DNA from: an uncultured Candidatus Saccharibacteria bacterium
GTDB taxonomy: Bacteria > Patescibacteriota > Andersenbacteria > UBA10190
Length of the DNA: 64,000 nt
Assembly: GCA_964450915.1 (NCBI GenBank)
Contig: CAYVFG010000003.1
Span: 3,217 to 67,216 of the forward strand
Reading direction: 5' to 3'
The position numbers were made by a program, and so were the translations under genes. Of this stretch, positions 47,790 to 57,355 are shown piece by piece. Below the pieces are notes generated by a model that searched no databases, had not been told where the DNA came from, and saw nothing but the letters and a program-made list of their open reading frames with translations. Each line of letters starts with the position of its first letter. Position 1 is the stretch's first letter.

Positions 47790-48665
47790 TTATATTTTCT
47801 TCACGTATTGCATTCCCCCAACATGTTCCACAACTCCAATCATTTCCAGTTCTGAAATGCCTGCTGAAGCATCTTGGATAGACATATCGCAAAGTACGGC
47901 GAGGTCTTCTATGTGAAGTGGGTCTGAGGATAGCTTGGTTACCATTATTTTCAATTCCTTTCGAATTGGTTCATGGGTGAGCGTTTCTGAATCACTTTCA
48001 GATAATTCAAATCGTGTAAGAATGTCTGTGCTATCGAGCACCATGCCTGCGCCATCCCTAATGAGCATATTTGTCCCTTCGCATGCAGGGTCGGTGATGG
48101 GGCCAGGGATTGCCAAGACGTCCCGATTTTCTTCCATTGCCAAGCGGGCTGTAATAAGCGATCCAGAGCGCTTTGCCGCTTGTATAATGAGTGTTGCCTT
48201 GCATAGCCCGGCAATGATGCGGTTGCGGGCGGGGAAATTGCCTAAATATGCAGGCGTGCCGGGTTCATACTCTGAAATAATCGCCCCGCCTGTTTTTAGA
48301 ATTTCTTGTGCAATAGTTTTATTGCCTCGCGGATAGAGCGACTTGTCATCTACGCCAGAGCCTAATACGGCAATGGTCGGCATGTTTTGGTCGACACAAA
48401 TTCTGTGTGCAAATGTATCTATTCCGTACGCCATTCCGGAAACTAACGTAACACCGGCGCGTACGCATGGTGGCAATAACGATGCGCATGCTTGGCGGCC
48501 GTACATCGTCGCCTTTCTGCTACCAACAACTCCTAGTAAGAATTCCGAAGATAGTATTTCTTTGTTCCCTCGTATATATAACTGCTCCGGCGCCTTATGA
48601 ATCTCGCGCAATAATGCAGGATATTCTTCATCTGCAAATTTGATAACAGAGATATCATCTCTCAT
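47790..48665 (-). CDS. dprA: DNA-processing protein DprA
   Basis: VVGSRK, VSGMAYGID, FPARNRIIAGL, SGSLITA. Confidence 0.95.
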   Translation of the reverse strand: MRDDISVIKFADEEYPALLREIHKAPEQLYIRGNKEILSSEFLLGVVGSRKATMYGRQACASLLPPCVRAGVTLVSGMAYGIDTFAHRICVDQNMPTIAVLGSGVDDKSLYPRGNKTIAQEILKTGGAIISEYEPGTPAYLGNFPARNRIIAGLCKATLIIQAAKRSGSLITARLAMEENRDVLAIPGPITDPACEGTNMLIRDGAGMVLDSTDILTRFELSESDSETLTHEPIRKELKIMVTKLSSDPLHIEDLAVLCDMSIQDASAGISELEMIGVVEHVGGMQYVKKI

Positions 48666-48685
48666 GCTCTTATTCAACCATATTT

Positions 48686-51568
48686 TTATTCGGCAAGCGA
48701 GGAAATTATTTGTTGTATCAATTCAGGCGTTATTGTATCGGTGTCCCAAGAGATCGTGCTTTCGCGTGCTTGCCAGCGGGCTGGTGTGCCGTTTTGATTT
48801 TTTATTGCAGATAATTTTTCGAGGATTTTAACTGGATCTTTTCCGGTTACCAGTAATCGAACGTACGGATCTTCGTCGTTTGGTCGAATTGTTTTTGTCT
48901 GCATTGCGGTAATTCCGCACGCTGTTGCGGCCTTTTCCAGCTGAATCATGAGCGACAAATTTTGCACTTCTTCAGGAATTGCTCCAAATTCTTCTTTCAA
49001 ATTTTTTATATAATTTTGTAATTGTTCAACTGACTTCGATCGAGAGAGGCGAATGTACCACATTGTTCTGGTGTCGGTATCTGGAATAAAGCTTGCAGGA
49101 ATATATGCGGGCAGCATTGTATGGATGTCTGCGCGTTGTATTTCTGTCTCTCCCGCATCATCAACCATATCGAGATACATATACATGCCGACTGCCGACG
49201 CAGAACCGCTTTGCTCGGCGCCCATTAGATTGCCCGCACCGCGCAACTCCAAATCTCGTCGTGCAATATCCCAGCCGGAACCTTGGCGAGTGGATTCCGT
49301 GAGGGCTGTTAAGCGCTGACGTTGCATGTCTGTTAATTTTTCTTGGGAGTATAGAAACAATGCATGACCTTGTCTTGAGCGTCTTCCGATTCTTCCTCGC
49401 AATTGATACAGCTGCGCTAATCCGAAGTGCGGAGCATTCCAAACAATCATCGTATTTGCATTTGGTAAATCCAAGCCGTTTTCAACGATACTGGATGAAA
49501 TCAAGATATCCAGTTGGTGTGTGTCAAATGCGTGAATGATTGCGCTCAGCTTTTCGTCGGGGAGCTTGGCATGTGCAATGGCGATGCGCGCATGGGGTGC
49601 AAGTGCTTGAATGGTCTCTTTAATCATCGCAAGGTTTCTAATCTTAGAAGAAACGATATATATTTGCCCGTCTCTATCTAATTCTTGAAATAATGCTTGG
49701 GTAAGCGCGCTATCTGAAACTTTTTTAATACTCGTTTCGATATTCTTTCTGCCTTTTGGAGCTGTTGCAATAACAGAGAGGCTTCGAAGGCCGGACAATG
49801 CCATGGATAGTGTTCGTGGAATCGGCGTTGCCGAAAGCGAGAGAACGTCGATAGTTGATCGCATCTTTTTTAAGTGCTCTTTATGCTTTACGCCGAATTT
49901 TTGTTCTTCGTCGATGATGAGCAAGGATAGATTTTGCCACGGGATGGAATTGCTCAGTATTGCATGTGTTCCAATGACGATAACAGGTTTGCCATCCGAA
50001 ATAATTTGCTTTGCTTTTTTTATTTCTTTTTGCGAAGAAAATCGTGAAATTAAAAAGATGGAATCCGATATATCGGATAAGCGTTCTTTAAATGTATCCG
50101 CATGCTGCTGGACTAACAGCGTTGTTGGTGCAAGCAGAGCGATTTGCTTGCCATTTGCGAATGCATGGCGGGCTGCGCGCATGGCAAGTTCCGTTTTTCC
50201 GAACCCAACGTCGCCGACCATGAGCCTATCCATGGGTATATCTTTTTGCATGTCTGATTGAATATCTTGCCAGGTGGTTGCTTGGTCTGGCGTCATTTCA
50301 TACGGAAAAGTCTCGTCGAGCTTTTTCTCGATAGTTGCATCTATATAATACGGGCTTCGTTTCGCCTTCTCGCGTTCTTTATTGATTGCGATAAGTTCTT
50401 TTGCGAATACAGCAGCATCGTGTTGCGCTTTTTTCTTTGTTTTTTGCCATAGGGTACCGCCTAAGCGATACAGTGCGGGCGAGCTTTCTCCTATATATGG
50501 GGATACTTTATGCGCAAACGCTACGGGTACGGAAAGCGTATCGCCGTCTGCATAACGCAACACAATATATTCTTGTTCCGCATTGTCTAACATCCTTTTT
50601 TCTAGCCCCTCAAATATTCCGATACCATGGTCTGCGTGCACTGCCGGCCTGCCGGGAGTAAGCGCTCCGATCAATTCCAGCGCTCGCTCTTGCGATATTG
50701 GCGATGAGTACGTCTTCGAAGATTTGCTGATAGCTCCAGGGATTACGGGCATTTGAATTTCTTGCAATCGTGTTGGTAGTATAATGTCCGGATGTTTTGA
50801 AGCTGTAATAATAGTTGTTGCAGTAGGGAAGTGCGCTTGCTGAGGAGCTATAACAACAAATTTTTTAAATGCTGTTTCAAGCTTTTCTGTTTTTTGTGGG
50901 AATGAGAGCGGAGGAATTGCAACGGAGTGTTCGTTTTTTGCACGATTCTTTTTTCGAACAATAATTTTATCAATCGTATTCCCAAAAAAAGAAATAGAAA
51001 TAGGATGCTCAAAAAGAGGATGCGAGATGCGCGCTTCATCTCCTATAATATAAAATCCGGACCCGGCTTGTTTGCTGCTGTGGCGAATATATCCTGTTGA
51101 TACTAATGTTTTTGCAAGTTCTGTAATGGAGTACGTTTGGCCGAGAGTGAGATGAAGGATGCGTGCTTGATATTCTTCGCTGCTCGGAAATTGCATGTCT
51201 GCAATACTTTTCGGAACATAGTATGATCTGGGGAGATTACTAAGGAGCGCATGAGCGGATGTTGAGAGTTTTGTAGATATAGTACCGTCCAGTTCTTGCT
51301 CTGTGAGCTGGTCGGTGATGATATGTTCTATTCCCCATTGTTCTGCCGAATGGGTCTCGGTATGCGAGCTTATGAGCGCAATAGGAGAAGTGATTTTGCC
51401 CGAAATCGTGCTTGCGAACATCATATTGAGATTTTCGGGTATAGAAACGAGCACCTTTTCAGGGGAAATTGTCAGTTCCGTTGAGACGTCATGCAGAAAC
51501 TCCTCCCATTCTGGTTGGTATTTTGTCAAAATGCTTTGACAAAATTGAGATAGGCCTATGATTGACAT
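48686..51568 (-). CDS. mfd: Transcription-repair coupling factor (divergent N-terminus)
   Basis: RID (VHADHGIG), GDVGFGKTE, DEEQKFG, QLRGRIGR, RDLELRGAGNL. Confidence 0.92.
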   Translation of the reverse strand: MSIIGLSQFCQSILTKYQPEWEEFLHDVSTELTISPEKVLVSIPENLNMMFASTISGKITSPIALISSHTETHSAEQWGIEHIITDQLTEQELDGTISTKLSTSAHALLSNLPRSYYVPKSIADMQFPSSEEYQARILHLTLGQTYSITELAKTLVSTGYIRHSSKQAGSGFYIIGDEARISHPLFEHPISISFFGNTIDKIIVRKKNRAKNEHSVAIPPLSFPQKTEKLETAFKKFVVIAPQQAHFPTATTIITASKHPDIILPTRLQEIQMPVIPGAISKSSKTYSSPISQERALELIGALTPGRPAVHADHGIGIFEGLEKRMLDNAEQEYIVLRYADGDTLSVPVAFAHKVSPYIGESSPALYRLGGTLWQKTKKKAQHDAAVFAKELIAINKEREKAKRSPYYIDATIEKKLDETFPYEMTPDQATTWQDIQSDMQKDIPMDRLMVGDVGFGKTELAMRAARHAFANGKQIALLAPTTLLVQQHADTFKERLSDISDSIFLISRFSSQKEIKKAKQIISDGKPVIVIGTHAILSNSIPWQNLSLLIIDEEQKFGVKHKEHLKKMRSTIDVLSLSATPIPRTLSMALSGLRSLSVIATAPKGRKNIETSIKKVSDSALTQALFQELDRDGQIYIVSSKIRNLAMIKETIQALAPHARIAIAHAKLPDEKLSAIIHAFDTHQLDILISSSIVENGLDLPNANTMIVWNAPHFGLAQLYQLRGRIGRRSRQGHALFLYSQEKLTDMQRQRLTALTESTRQGSGWDIARRDLELRGAGNLMGAEQSGSASAVGMYMYLDMVDDAGETEIQRADIHTMLPAYIPASFIPDTDTRTMWYIRLSRSKSVEQLQNYIKNLKEEFGAIPEEVQNLSLMIQLEKAATACGITAMQTKTIRPNDEDPYVRLLVTGKDPVKILEKLSAIKNQNGTPARWQARESTISWDTDTITPELIQQIISSLAE
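51520..51545. promoter_or_regulatory. Inverted repeat, possible operator
   Basis: ATTTTGTCAAA-atgc-TTTGACAAAAT just upstream of the trmB-like -35. Confidence 0.4.
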
Positions 51569-51611
51569 TCTTATATTGTTACTGTACATTCTGTTTTCAA
51601 GCAACCCCCCT

Positions 51612-52394
51612 ATGGAATTTATCCAAGAATTAATGAGCTTAGGTTTGAAGGATAAGCAAGCATCCGTCTATCTTTCGTGTCTGCAATTAGGGCCTTCTCC
51701 TGCCCAGTATATAGCAAAAAAGGCTGACGTAGTGAGAGCTACGACGTACGTGATCTTAGAAGAGCTGATGGCGTTAGGGCTTGTGACGAAATACAAGGAA
51801 GGGAAGAAGACCATGTTTTCCGCAGAAGCGCCTCGGCAATTATTGCGACTACTCGAAAAGCAAGAAGAGGAAATCCAAGAAAAACAAAAAGATTTGGAGC
51901 AAATTTTGCCAGAATTGCAGATGCTTACAAAGGCACTAGGCGACAAACCGTCAGTTCGATACTTCGAGGGGAAAGAGGGTTTAGCTGCAATTCGAAGAGA
52001 TTTGGTTATGTATTCACGCCCAGAGGATACCATCTACAATTTTACTCCTGCTGACCATCTTGTGGGCGTTTTCCCCGATGACGAGCATACGAACTATGTG
52101 CAGCGTGTTGCGAAAGGAATTAAAGGTAAAACGATATTTTCCACAACTTCTGAACAATTGAGAAAGTATTGGTCATCTCAGGAGTTTAGTCGACATACAG
52201 AACGAAGGTATGTTCCGCATAATAAGTTTCCTGTTCCAGCAGGCATGACGATTTATCGAGACAGGGTTGCTATTGGATCGTTTACTGGTAAATTGTTTGG
52301 TGTAATCATCGAAAGCGAGCAAATGGCAAACATGATGCGAGCGCTGTTTGATCTTGCTTGGGAGTCTGCAAAAAGCATTGACGAAAAAGAATAA
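51612..52394 (+). CDS. TrmB-family transcriptional regulator
   Basis: LGL..KQA.VY..L.LG...IAK...R.T.Y..L..L..GLV wHTH; SVRYFEGKEG; LFDLAW. Confidence 0.9.
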   Translation: MEFIQELMSLGLKDKQASVYLSCLQLGPSPAQYIAKKADVVRATTYVILEELMALGLVTKYKEGKKTMFSAEAPRQLLRLLEKQEEEIQEKQKDLEQILPELQMLTKALGDKPSVRYFEGKEGLAAIRRDLVMYSRPEDTIYNFTPADHLVGVFPDDEHTNYVQRVAKGIKGKTIFSTTSEQLRKYWSSQEFSRHTERRYVPHNKFPVPAGMTIYRDRVAIGSFTGKLFGVIIESEQMANMMRALFDLAWESAKSIDEKE

Positions 52395-52406
52395 ATAGAT
52401 TAAACT

Positions 52407-52672
52407 CTAAGTATTCGATTGGGAATTCTCGAGAACCTAAATCGGATTATCAGGGGGTAATTCTCTGATATAGGGCGTCGTTACTAGGCCGAATTCTTTG
52501 GAGGAGGAAATGCGTCATGACCCATTGACCGTATCCGTCTCTTCACGGAAGAAGAGACCAGCGACCCGAGCAGGAGTGCACATTTCATAAGTTCGCTTGA
52601 TGCGTTACGCGAACTTGCACAGAGTTTCAGACTCGACCCGATTGAGACCTTCTGGTTTCATCGGGTTTTTTC
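52407..52672 (+). ncRNA. Unit D: structured transcript with a 26-aa ORF (52510-52590)
   Basis: TTGACG(52378)-17-TAAACT; SD GGAGGAGG; terminator 52636-52672. Confidence 0.45.
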
Positions 52673-52703
52673 TTGCATATTCTACATAAAGTGTTATAGT
52701 AGC

Positions 52704-52810
52704 GGCTCCTGCTCCAAAGCGGTAAACGCAGGGTACCTTGGAAGGTGCTCGCCGCTTTGTAAGGGGGGGCCCGGGGCGCAGCACATGTTGCGCTTCCGGG
52801 TCTTTTTCTT
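52704..52810 (+). ncRNA. Unit E: candidate sRNA of about 105 nt
   Basis: TTGCAT-16-TATAGT; rod caaagcgg/ccgctttg; GC terminator plus U tract. Confidence 0.55.
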
Positions 52811-52854
52811 TTGACACGCTTTTCTGTTTCAAGGTACATTTATGAGTCCTTTTC

Positions 52855-52956
52855 ACTATTGTCATCATCGTTCTGCCAGTTAAGAATATTTCACTGGAAT
52901 CACCCCCTCCTAGATTCCAGGAGATACCTTGCTGGCGGAACATTGCGGACAATAGT
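52855..52956 (+). ncRNA. Unit F: 102-nt rod hairpin with C-rich anti-SD-like loop
   Basis: Stems actattgtc/gacaatagt, gttctgccag/ctggcggaac, tatttc/gagata, ctggaatc/gattccag; TTGACA-18-TACATT upstream. Confidence 0.55.
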
Positions 52957-52967
52957 ACGATAAAGCG

Positions 52968-53540
52968 ATGAAGCACGTTTTAGTTGTTGCATTAGGAAAT
53001 CCTGGGGAAAAATTTAAGAATACGCGGCACAATCTTGGCCAGGATACTGTGTTGAGCTGGGTTGAGTTGATGCGAGAAAAGGGTGCAGATGTGCAGGCGG
53101 TCCAATCAAAAGAGTCGTTGCACTCGCGTATTCAGGAGGTTGTTTTTAATAATGCAAAGATAACTGTTTTATATCCGGATGTATTTATGAATGAGTCCGG
53201 GAAAGCGGTGATGCAATATCTGCGATATAACGAAGTTGATCATGAGAATATTCTTATTGTTCATGATGATTTGGAATTGCCATTAGGCGAGGCGAGGTTG
53301 CAAGAATCCGGAAGCGCAAAAGGGCATAACGGCGTTCGCAGTATTCATGAATATGCAGGAACATTAGATATTCCAAGATTGCGAATTGGTATTGGGCGGC
53401 CAGAAGATCAGAAACCTATTGATGTGTTTGTGCTCGAAAGGTTTACAGAGCAAGAGCGAATGATTTTAGATAGCAAGAAGCAAGGCGTGCTCGATGCGAT
53501 AACTGAGGCTATTGCTGCACCTGGTCTGATCCGACGATAA
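52968..53540 (+). CDS. pth: Peptidyl-tRNA hydrolase
   Basis: LGNPG...TRHN.G, MNESG, VHDDL, GHNG, RLRIGIGRP. Confidence 0.95.
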   Translation: MKHVLVVALGNPGEKFKNTRHNLGQDTVLSWVELMREKGADVQAVQSKESLHSRIQEVVFNNAKITVLYPDVFMNESGKAVMQYLRYNEVDHENILIVHDDLELPLGEARLQESGSAKGHNGVRSIHEYAGTLDIPRLRIGIGRPEDQKPIDVFVLERFTEQERMILDSKKQGVLDAITEAIAAPGLIRR

Positions 53541-54966
53541 CAAGTATATCTGCTTTTGTTTTCGCTTCCGCAGATGGGATATCTGTTGCAGACGATGCGT
53601 TTAGGCTGGATGCGATTTTCGTAGCATCGTCAGACTGGGTGACATTCGGAGAGTACACCGTTGTTTTTGTTATTGTTTTTGAAGCGGCATTGCCTGTCGC
53701 AATAACCTTATACCCGAGCCCTTTGAGTTTTGTTGCCGTTTTTCCTGCAAGGCCGGTGGTGCTTGTTCCGTTTCGAACTTCGATTGTGGCAGAGGAGGAT
53801 GTTGGAGTCGAGCTTGCGTTTGGAGTGGGTGATGCTGACGGAGAAATGCTTGGAATAATATCTCCATTCGCATCAATATTATGTACGGTTGTATCTGCTT
53901 GATTCGCAGCTAAGTCCGTCCCTGTTGATGACGCGAACATATTTTGTGCCAGTGTTTTGATTTCTGAAAAATCTCCTGTTCGTGTTTTTAATACAGATGC
54001 GGGAACACCGCCGAGCATTACGGTGTCGCTTTTTAAGATGCCGTTCGGACCAGTGCTCATGACATCGGATTTGTAGCTCGAAGGGTCGATCTGGCGGAAC
54101 AATTCAAAAAATCGTTTCATTTCCCATGTCTGCATGTCTGTTCGAATATTTTCAGACAAAGACGAAAATATTCCGCTGATCGCATTGAAATCAAGCGCAG
54201 TCGATACGGAGAATACTTTGTCGCGGATCGCAAGAACCACTTGTTGCTGTCGCGCGGTGCGCTTAAAGTCTCCTCCCTCGGGGCCTTCTACATATCGAGC
54301 TCGGACGTACGCAAGCGCCCTATCCCCGTTCATTGTTTCTGTTCCGGCAGGGAAGGCGATTTTGTGCCAGTAGTCAAAAAATCCATTATCAATTTTGATA
54401 TTGACGCCGCCCACTGCGTCCACGATCTTTTTAAATGCGGTAAAGTCTACTCGGGCATAATAATCCATTTTAAGTCCGGTAATCTCCTCTACTTTTTGTT
54501 CAAGCAAGGAAGCTCCGCTTCCCGGTTTTGCCGCTTCTCCGTATGCGTTCACTGCATTTAATTTAGAGTAGAACTGCTGGCCCGGCACTTGCACGTATAG
54601 GTCGCGCGGAAGGGAGAGGAGAGAAATCTTTTTCTCCTTTGGTTGAATGCTCGCGATCATAATAGTGTCGGTAAGGTTCGGCCCGTCGTGTCCGTCTCCT
54701 CCAATTGCCATAAGAAGGATATTGATTCGGTCCTCCTGTTCGCCTTTTAATTTGTTGCCTGATTTAAAGAGGAGATCTGAAAGTTGTCCGAAGATTGTTT
54801 GGTTTGCAGTGCTGATACTGTTGCTGGCAGAAAGAATCTTATATCCAAATACTCCTGCGCCAGTTAAAATGAAAATAACGAGAACTATAAGGATGGCTCG
54901 CGTAATACGAAATGCTTTTGAATGCCCTTTATGTGGTTCTTCCATGTCTTGCATATCATACTGCAT
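53509..54966 (-). CDS. LCP family protein with LytR_C domain
   Basis: TDTIMI, SLPRDL, YVRAR, DFKR.ARQ; C-terminal VRNGT...GLA. Confidence 0.92.
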   Translation of the reverse strand: MQYDMQDMEEPHKGHSKAFRITRAILIVLVIFILTGAGVFGYKILSASNSISTANQTIFGQLSDLLFKSGNKLKGEQEDRINILLMAIGGDGHDGPNLTDTIMIASIQPKEKKISLLSLPRDLYVQVPGQQFYSKLNAVNAYGEAAKPGSGASLLEQKVEEITGLKMDYYARVDFTAFKKIVDAVGGVNIKIDNGFFDYWHKIAFPAGTETMNGDRALAYVRARYVEGPEGGDFKRTARQQQVVLAIRDKVFSVSTALDFNAISGIFSSLSENIRTDMQTWEMKRFFELFRQIDPSSYKSDVMSTGPNGILKSDTVMLGGVPASVLKTRTGDFSEIKTLAQNMFASSTGTDLAANQADTTVHNIDANGDIIPSISPSASPTPNASSTPTSSSATIEVRNGTSTTGLAGKTATKLKGLGYKVIATGNAASKTITKTTVYSPNVTQSDDATKIASSLNASSATDIPSAEAKTKADILVIVGSDQVQQ

Positions 54967-54984
54967 CCTAGTAAACTTGCCAAT

Positions 54985-55590
54985 ATGGATGAACAGTCGT
55001 TTGAGAATCGGTCTCTCGTGTGGGTAGTAGGCTCATTCTTTTGGGAGTTACTGAAAGCGTTTTTGTTAGCAATGGTCATTATCGTGCCGATTCGATACTT
55101 CATTGCACAGCCATTTTTCGTTCGCGGTGCATCAATGGAGCCCAACTTTCATAATGGTGAATATCTTGTGATCGATCAGTTGTCGTACCGATTAAGTCAG
55201 CCGAAGAGAGATGATATTATTGTGTTCCGATACCCACTCGATGAGTCGCAATTTTTTATTAAAAGAATTATCGGGTTGCCAGGCGACGAAGTTATCATCG
55301 ATAATTCGCAGATCGAAATAAAGAATGCCGCATATCCGAACGGAGTGTTATTGAACGAGTCTCAGTACCTATCGCCTGAGGTTACTACGGGTGGCCAGGT
55401 AGATGTTCGTTTGGGCAGCGACGAGTATTTTGTGTTAGGGGATAATCGTCCGTCCAGTTCCGACTCGAGAGTGTGGGGGCTAGTGAAGAGAAGTGAGATA
55501 GTCGGGAGAGTCTGGGTTCGTGCGTGGCCACTTGATCGTCTTGCGACATTCCATTCATTGGTGCCAAGTTTCGTGTCCCCTCAATCATAG
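54985..55590 (+). CDS. lepB: Signal peptidase I
   Basis: GASMEP, IKRIIGLPGD, GDNR..S.DSR. Confidence 0.95.
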   Translation: MDEQSFENRSLVWVVGSFFWELLKAFLLAMVIIVPIRYFIAQPFFVRGASMEPNFHNGEYLVIDQLSYRLSQPKRDDIIVFRYPLDESQFFIKRIIGLPGDEVIIDNSQIEIKNAAYPNGVLLNESQYLSPEVTTGGQVDVRLGSDEYFVLGDNRPSSSDSRVWGLVKRSEIVGRVWVRAWPLDRLATFHSLVPSFVSPQS

Positions 55591-55631
55591 GCTTGATTTT
55601 TACCTCGTTCATCGCTATAATGAGCATTCAT

Positions 55632-56960
55632 ATGCCATCTAAAAAGAAAACATCCCCAGCTGAAACAGTTCAATTTCCATTGCACAGTCCTCGCGGTACG
55701 CAGGATATCCTGCCTCAGGACCAGAAATATTGGGAATATGTAACAGAAAATGCGAAGACATTTATGCGCGGATGGCACTTCCAGCAGCTGGAAACTCCCA
55801 TGTTTGAAGAAACGGCATTGTTTACGCGCGGCATTGGAGAAGGTACGGATATTATTGATAAGGAATTATTCGAATTGAAATCTCGCGGAAAAGGAGCAAA
55901 TTATTCCTTGCGCCCGGAGGCAACTGCTTCCATTATTCGAGCTTATATCGAGCACGGCATGCGAAGCTGGCCGAAGCCGGTGAAATTATTCACAATCGGT
56001 TCATTTTTCCGATATGATCGTCCTCAGGCTGGAAGATTCCGAGAACTTCATCAAATCGATTTGGAAATTATCGGAGCAAGCAATCCTATTACGGATGTCC
56101 AGCTTATTTATGTTATGCATAATTATTTTAAGTCGCTTGGCTTAGAGGATTATGTTGTACTGCTTAATACGTTAGGCGAGCCATCGGAACGAAAAACATA
56201 TATCGGTTTATTGAAAGAACATTTTCGAAGAAATCGAACAAAGCTCTGCCGTGATTGCAAAGAACGTCTTACTACGAATCCGCTTCGATTGCTTGATTGT
56301 AAGGAGGAGAAATGCATGCAAGTAAGCAATACTGCTCCGCGGTTGCTTGACCATTTGTCTGACGCATCAAAAAAACATTTCGAATTTATTCTCAATAGCT
56401 TGCGAGAACTTGAAGTTCCGCACGAAGTTTCCCCGTCGCTTGTTCGCGGACTGGATTACTATACGCATACCGTATTCGAATTTGTGCCAAAATCTACGCG
56501 AGGAGAGGGGCAGCAAAGTTCATTCGCTGCCGGCGGGCGATACAATAATTTAATTAAGGAATTGGGCGGCAAAGAAGCCTCCGCGATTGGCGCTGCGATC
56601 GGAGTTGAGCGCTTGATCGATCGCGTAAAGGCGGAAGGAATTGATTTGATGATTATGGATCAACCCCAATTGTTTATTGCGCAATTAGGAGAGCAAGCAA
56701 AGATTGTTGGGCTTCGGGTGATGAAGCAGCTTCGTGATGCGGATATTCCGTTTTCTGAAAGCATCGATAGGGATGGTATGCAGCAGCAATTGCATATGGC
56801 GGACAGGCTGAAGGTTGAATGGTCGATTATCATCGGACAAAAAGAAGTAATCGACAATACGGTTATTTTGCGAAACATGGAGAGCGGAATGCAAGAGGTT
56901 GTTGATCGGGATAAGCTCGTGCAAGAATTGGAAAAACGGCTACATATTGTACGTGAGTAG
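55632..56960 (+). CDS. hisS: Histidine--tRNA ligase
   Basis: PRGTQD, LRPEAT, RPQAGRFRE, LVRGLDYY, GGRY. Confidence 0.97.
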   Translation: MPSKKKTSPAETVQFPLHSPRGTQDILPQDQKYWEYVTENAKTFMRGWHFQQLETPMFEETALFTRGIGEGTDIIDKELFELKSRGKGANYSLRPEATASIIRAYIEHGMRSWPKPVKLFTIGSFFRYDRPQAGRFRELHQIDLEIIGASNPITDVQLIYVMHNYFKSLGLEDYVVLLNTLGEPSERKTYIGLLKEHFRRNRTKLCRDCKERLTTNPLRLLDCKEEKCMQVSNTAPRLLDHLSDASKKHFEFILNSLRELEVPHEVSPSLVRGLDYYTHTVFEFVPKSTRGEGQQSSFAAGGRYNNLIKELGGKEASAIGAAIGVERLIDRVKAEGIDLMIMDQPQLFIAQLGEQAKIVGLRVMKQLRDADIPFSESIDRDGMQQQLHMADRLKVEWSIIIGQKEVIDNTVILRNMESGMQEVVDRDKLVQELEKRLHIVRE

Positions 56961-56986
56961 CAAAAAACGATATACTACGTGGTAGT

Positions 56987-57355
56987 ATGTCGACTGAATC
57001 AGGATGCATTTTTTGTAGTATTGCAGAGCAAGCTGTTCCTGCCGATGTTTTATTTGATGGCGGGGATACGATGTTTTTTCGAGATATTAATCCGAAAGCG
57101 TCTGTGCATATTATTGGAATTCCTAAAAAACATTTGCAGTCACTTGATGCTATGCAAGGCGATGATCATTCGATGATCGGCAAGCTGCTTCACGAAGCAA
57201 CGCACGTTGCTCGGGACGCGGGTATTTTCGAATCCGGATATCGCGTCATTACAAATGTGGGCAAGCATGCTGGGCAAGAAGTTCATCATTTGCATTTTCA
57301 CATTGTTGGCGGAGAAGATTTAGGACCGCTTATTTGTAATGCGTCATCGTTATGA
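56987..57355 (+). CDS. HIT family nucleotide-binding protein
   Basis: CIFC, HLHFH. Confidence 0.93.
   Translation: MSTESGCIFCSIAEQAVPADVLFDGGDTMFFRDINPKASVHIIGIPKKHLQSLDAMQGDDHSMIGKLLHEATHVARDAGIFESGYRVITNVGKHAGQEVHHLHFHIVGGEDLGPLICNASSL

Noticed and set aside
52517-52814. Frameshifted gene MT/IDRIRLFTEEE...
   Set aside because: It needs a 1-bp correction and would run through two terminators and a promoter
52605-52976. 123-aa minus-strand ORF
   Set aside because: Antisense to the promoter/terminator units, with no recognisable domain
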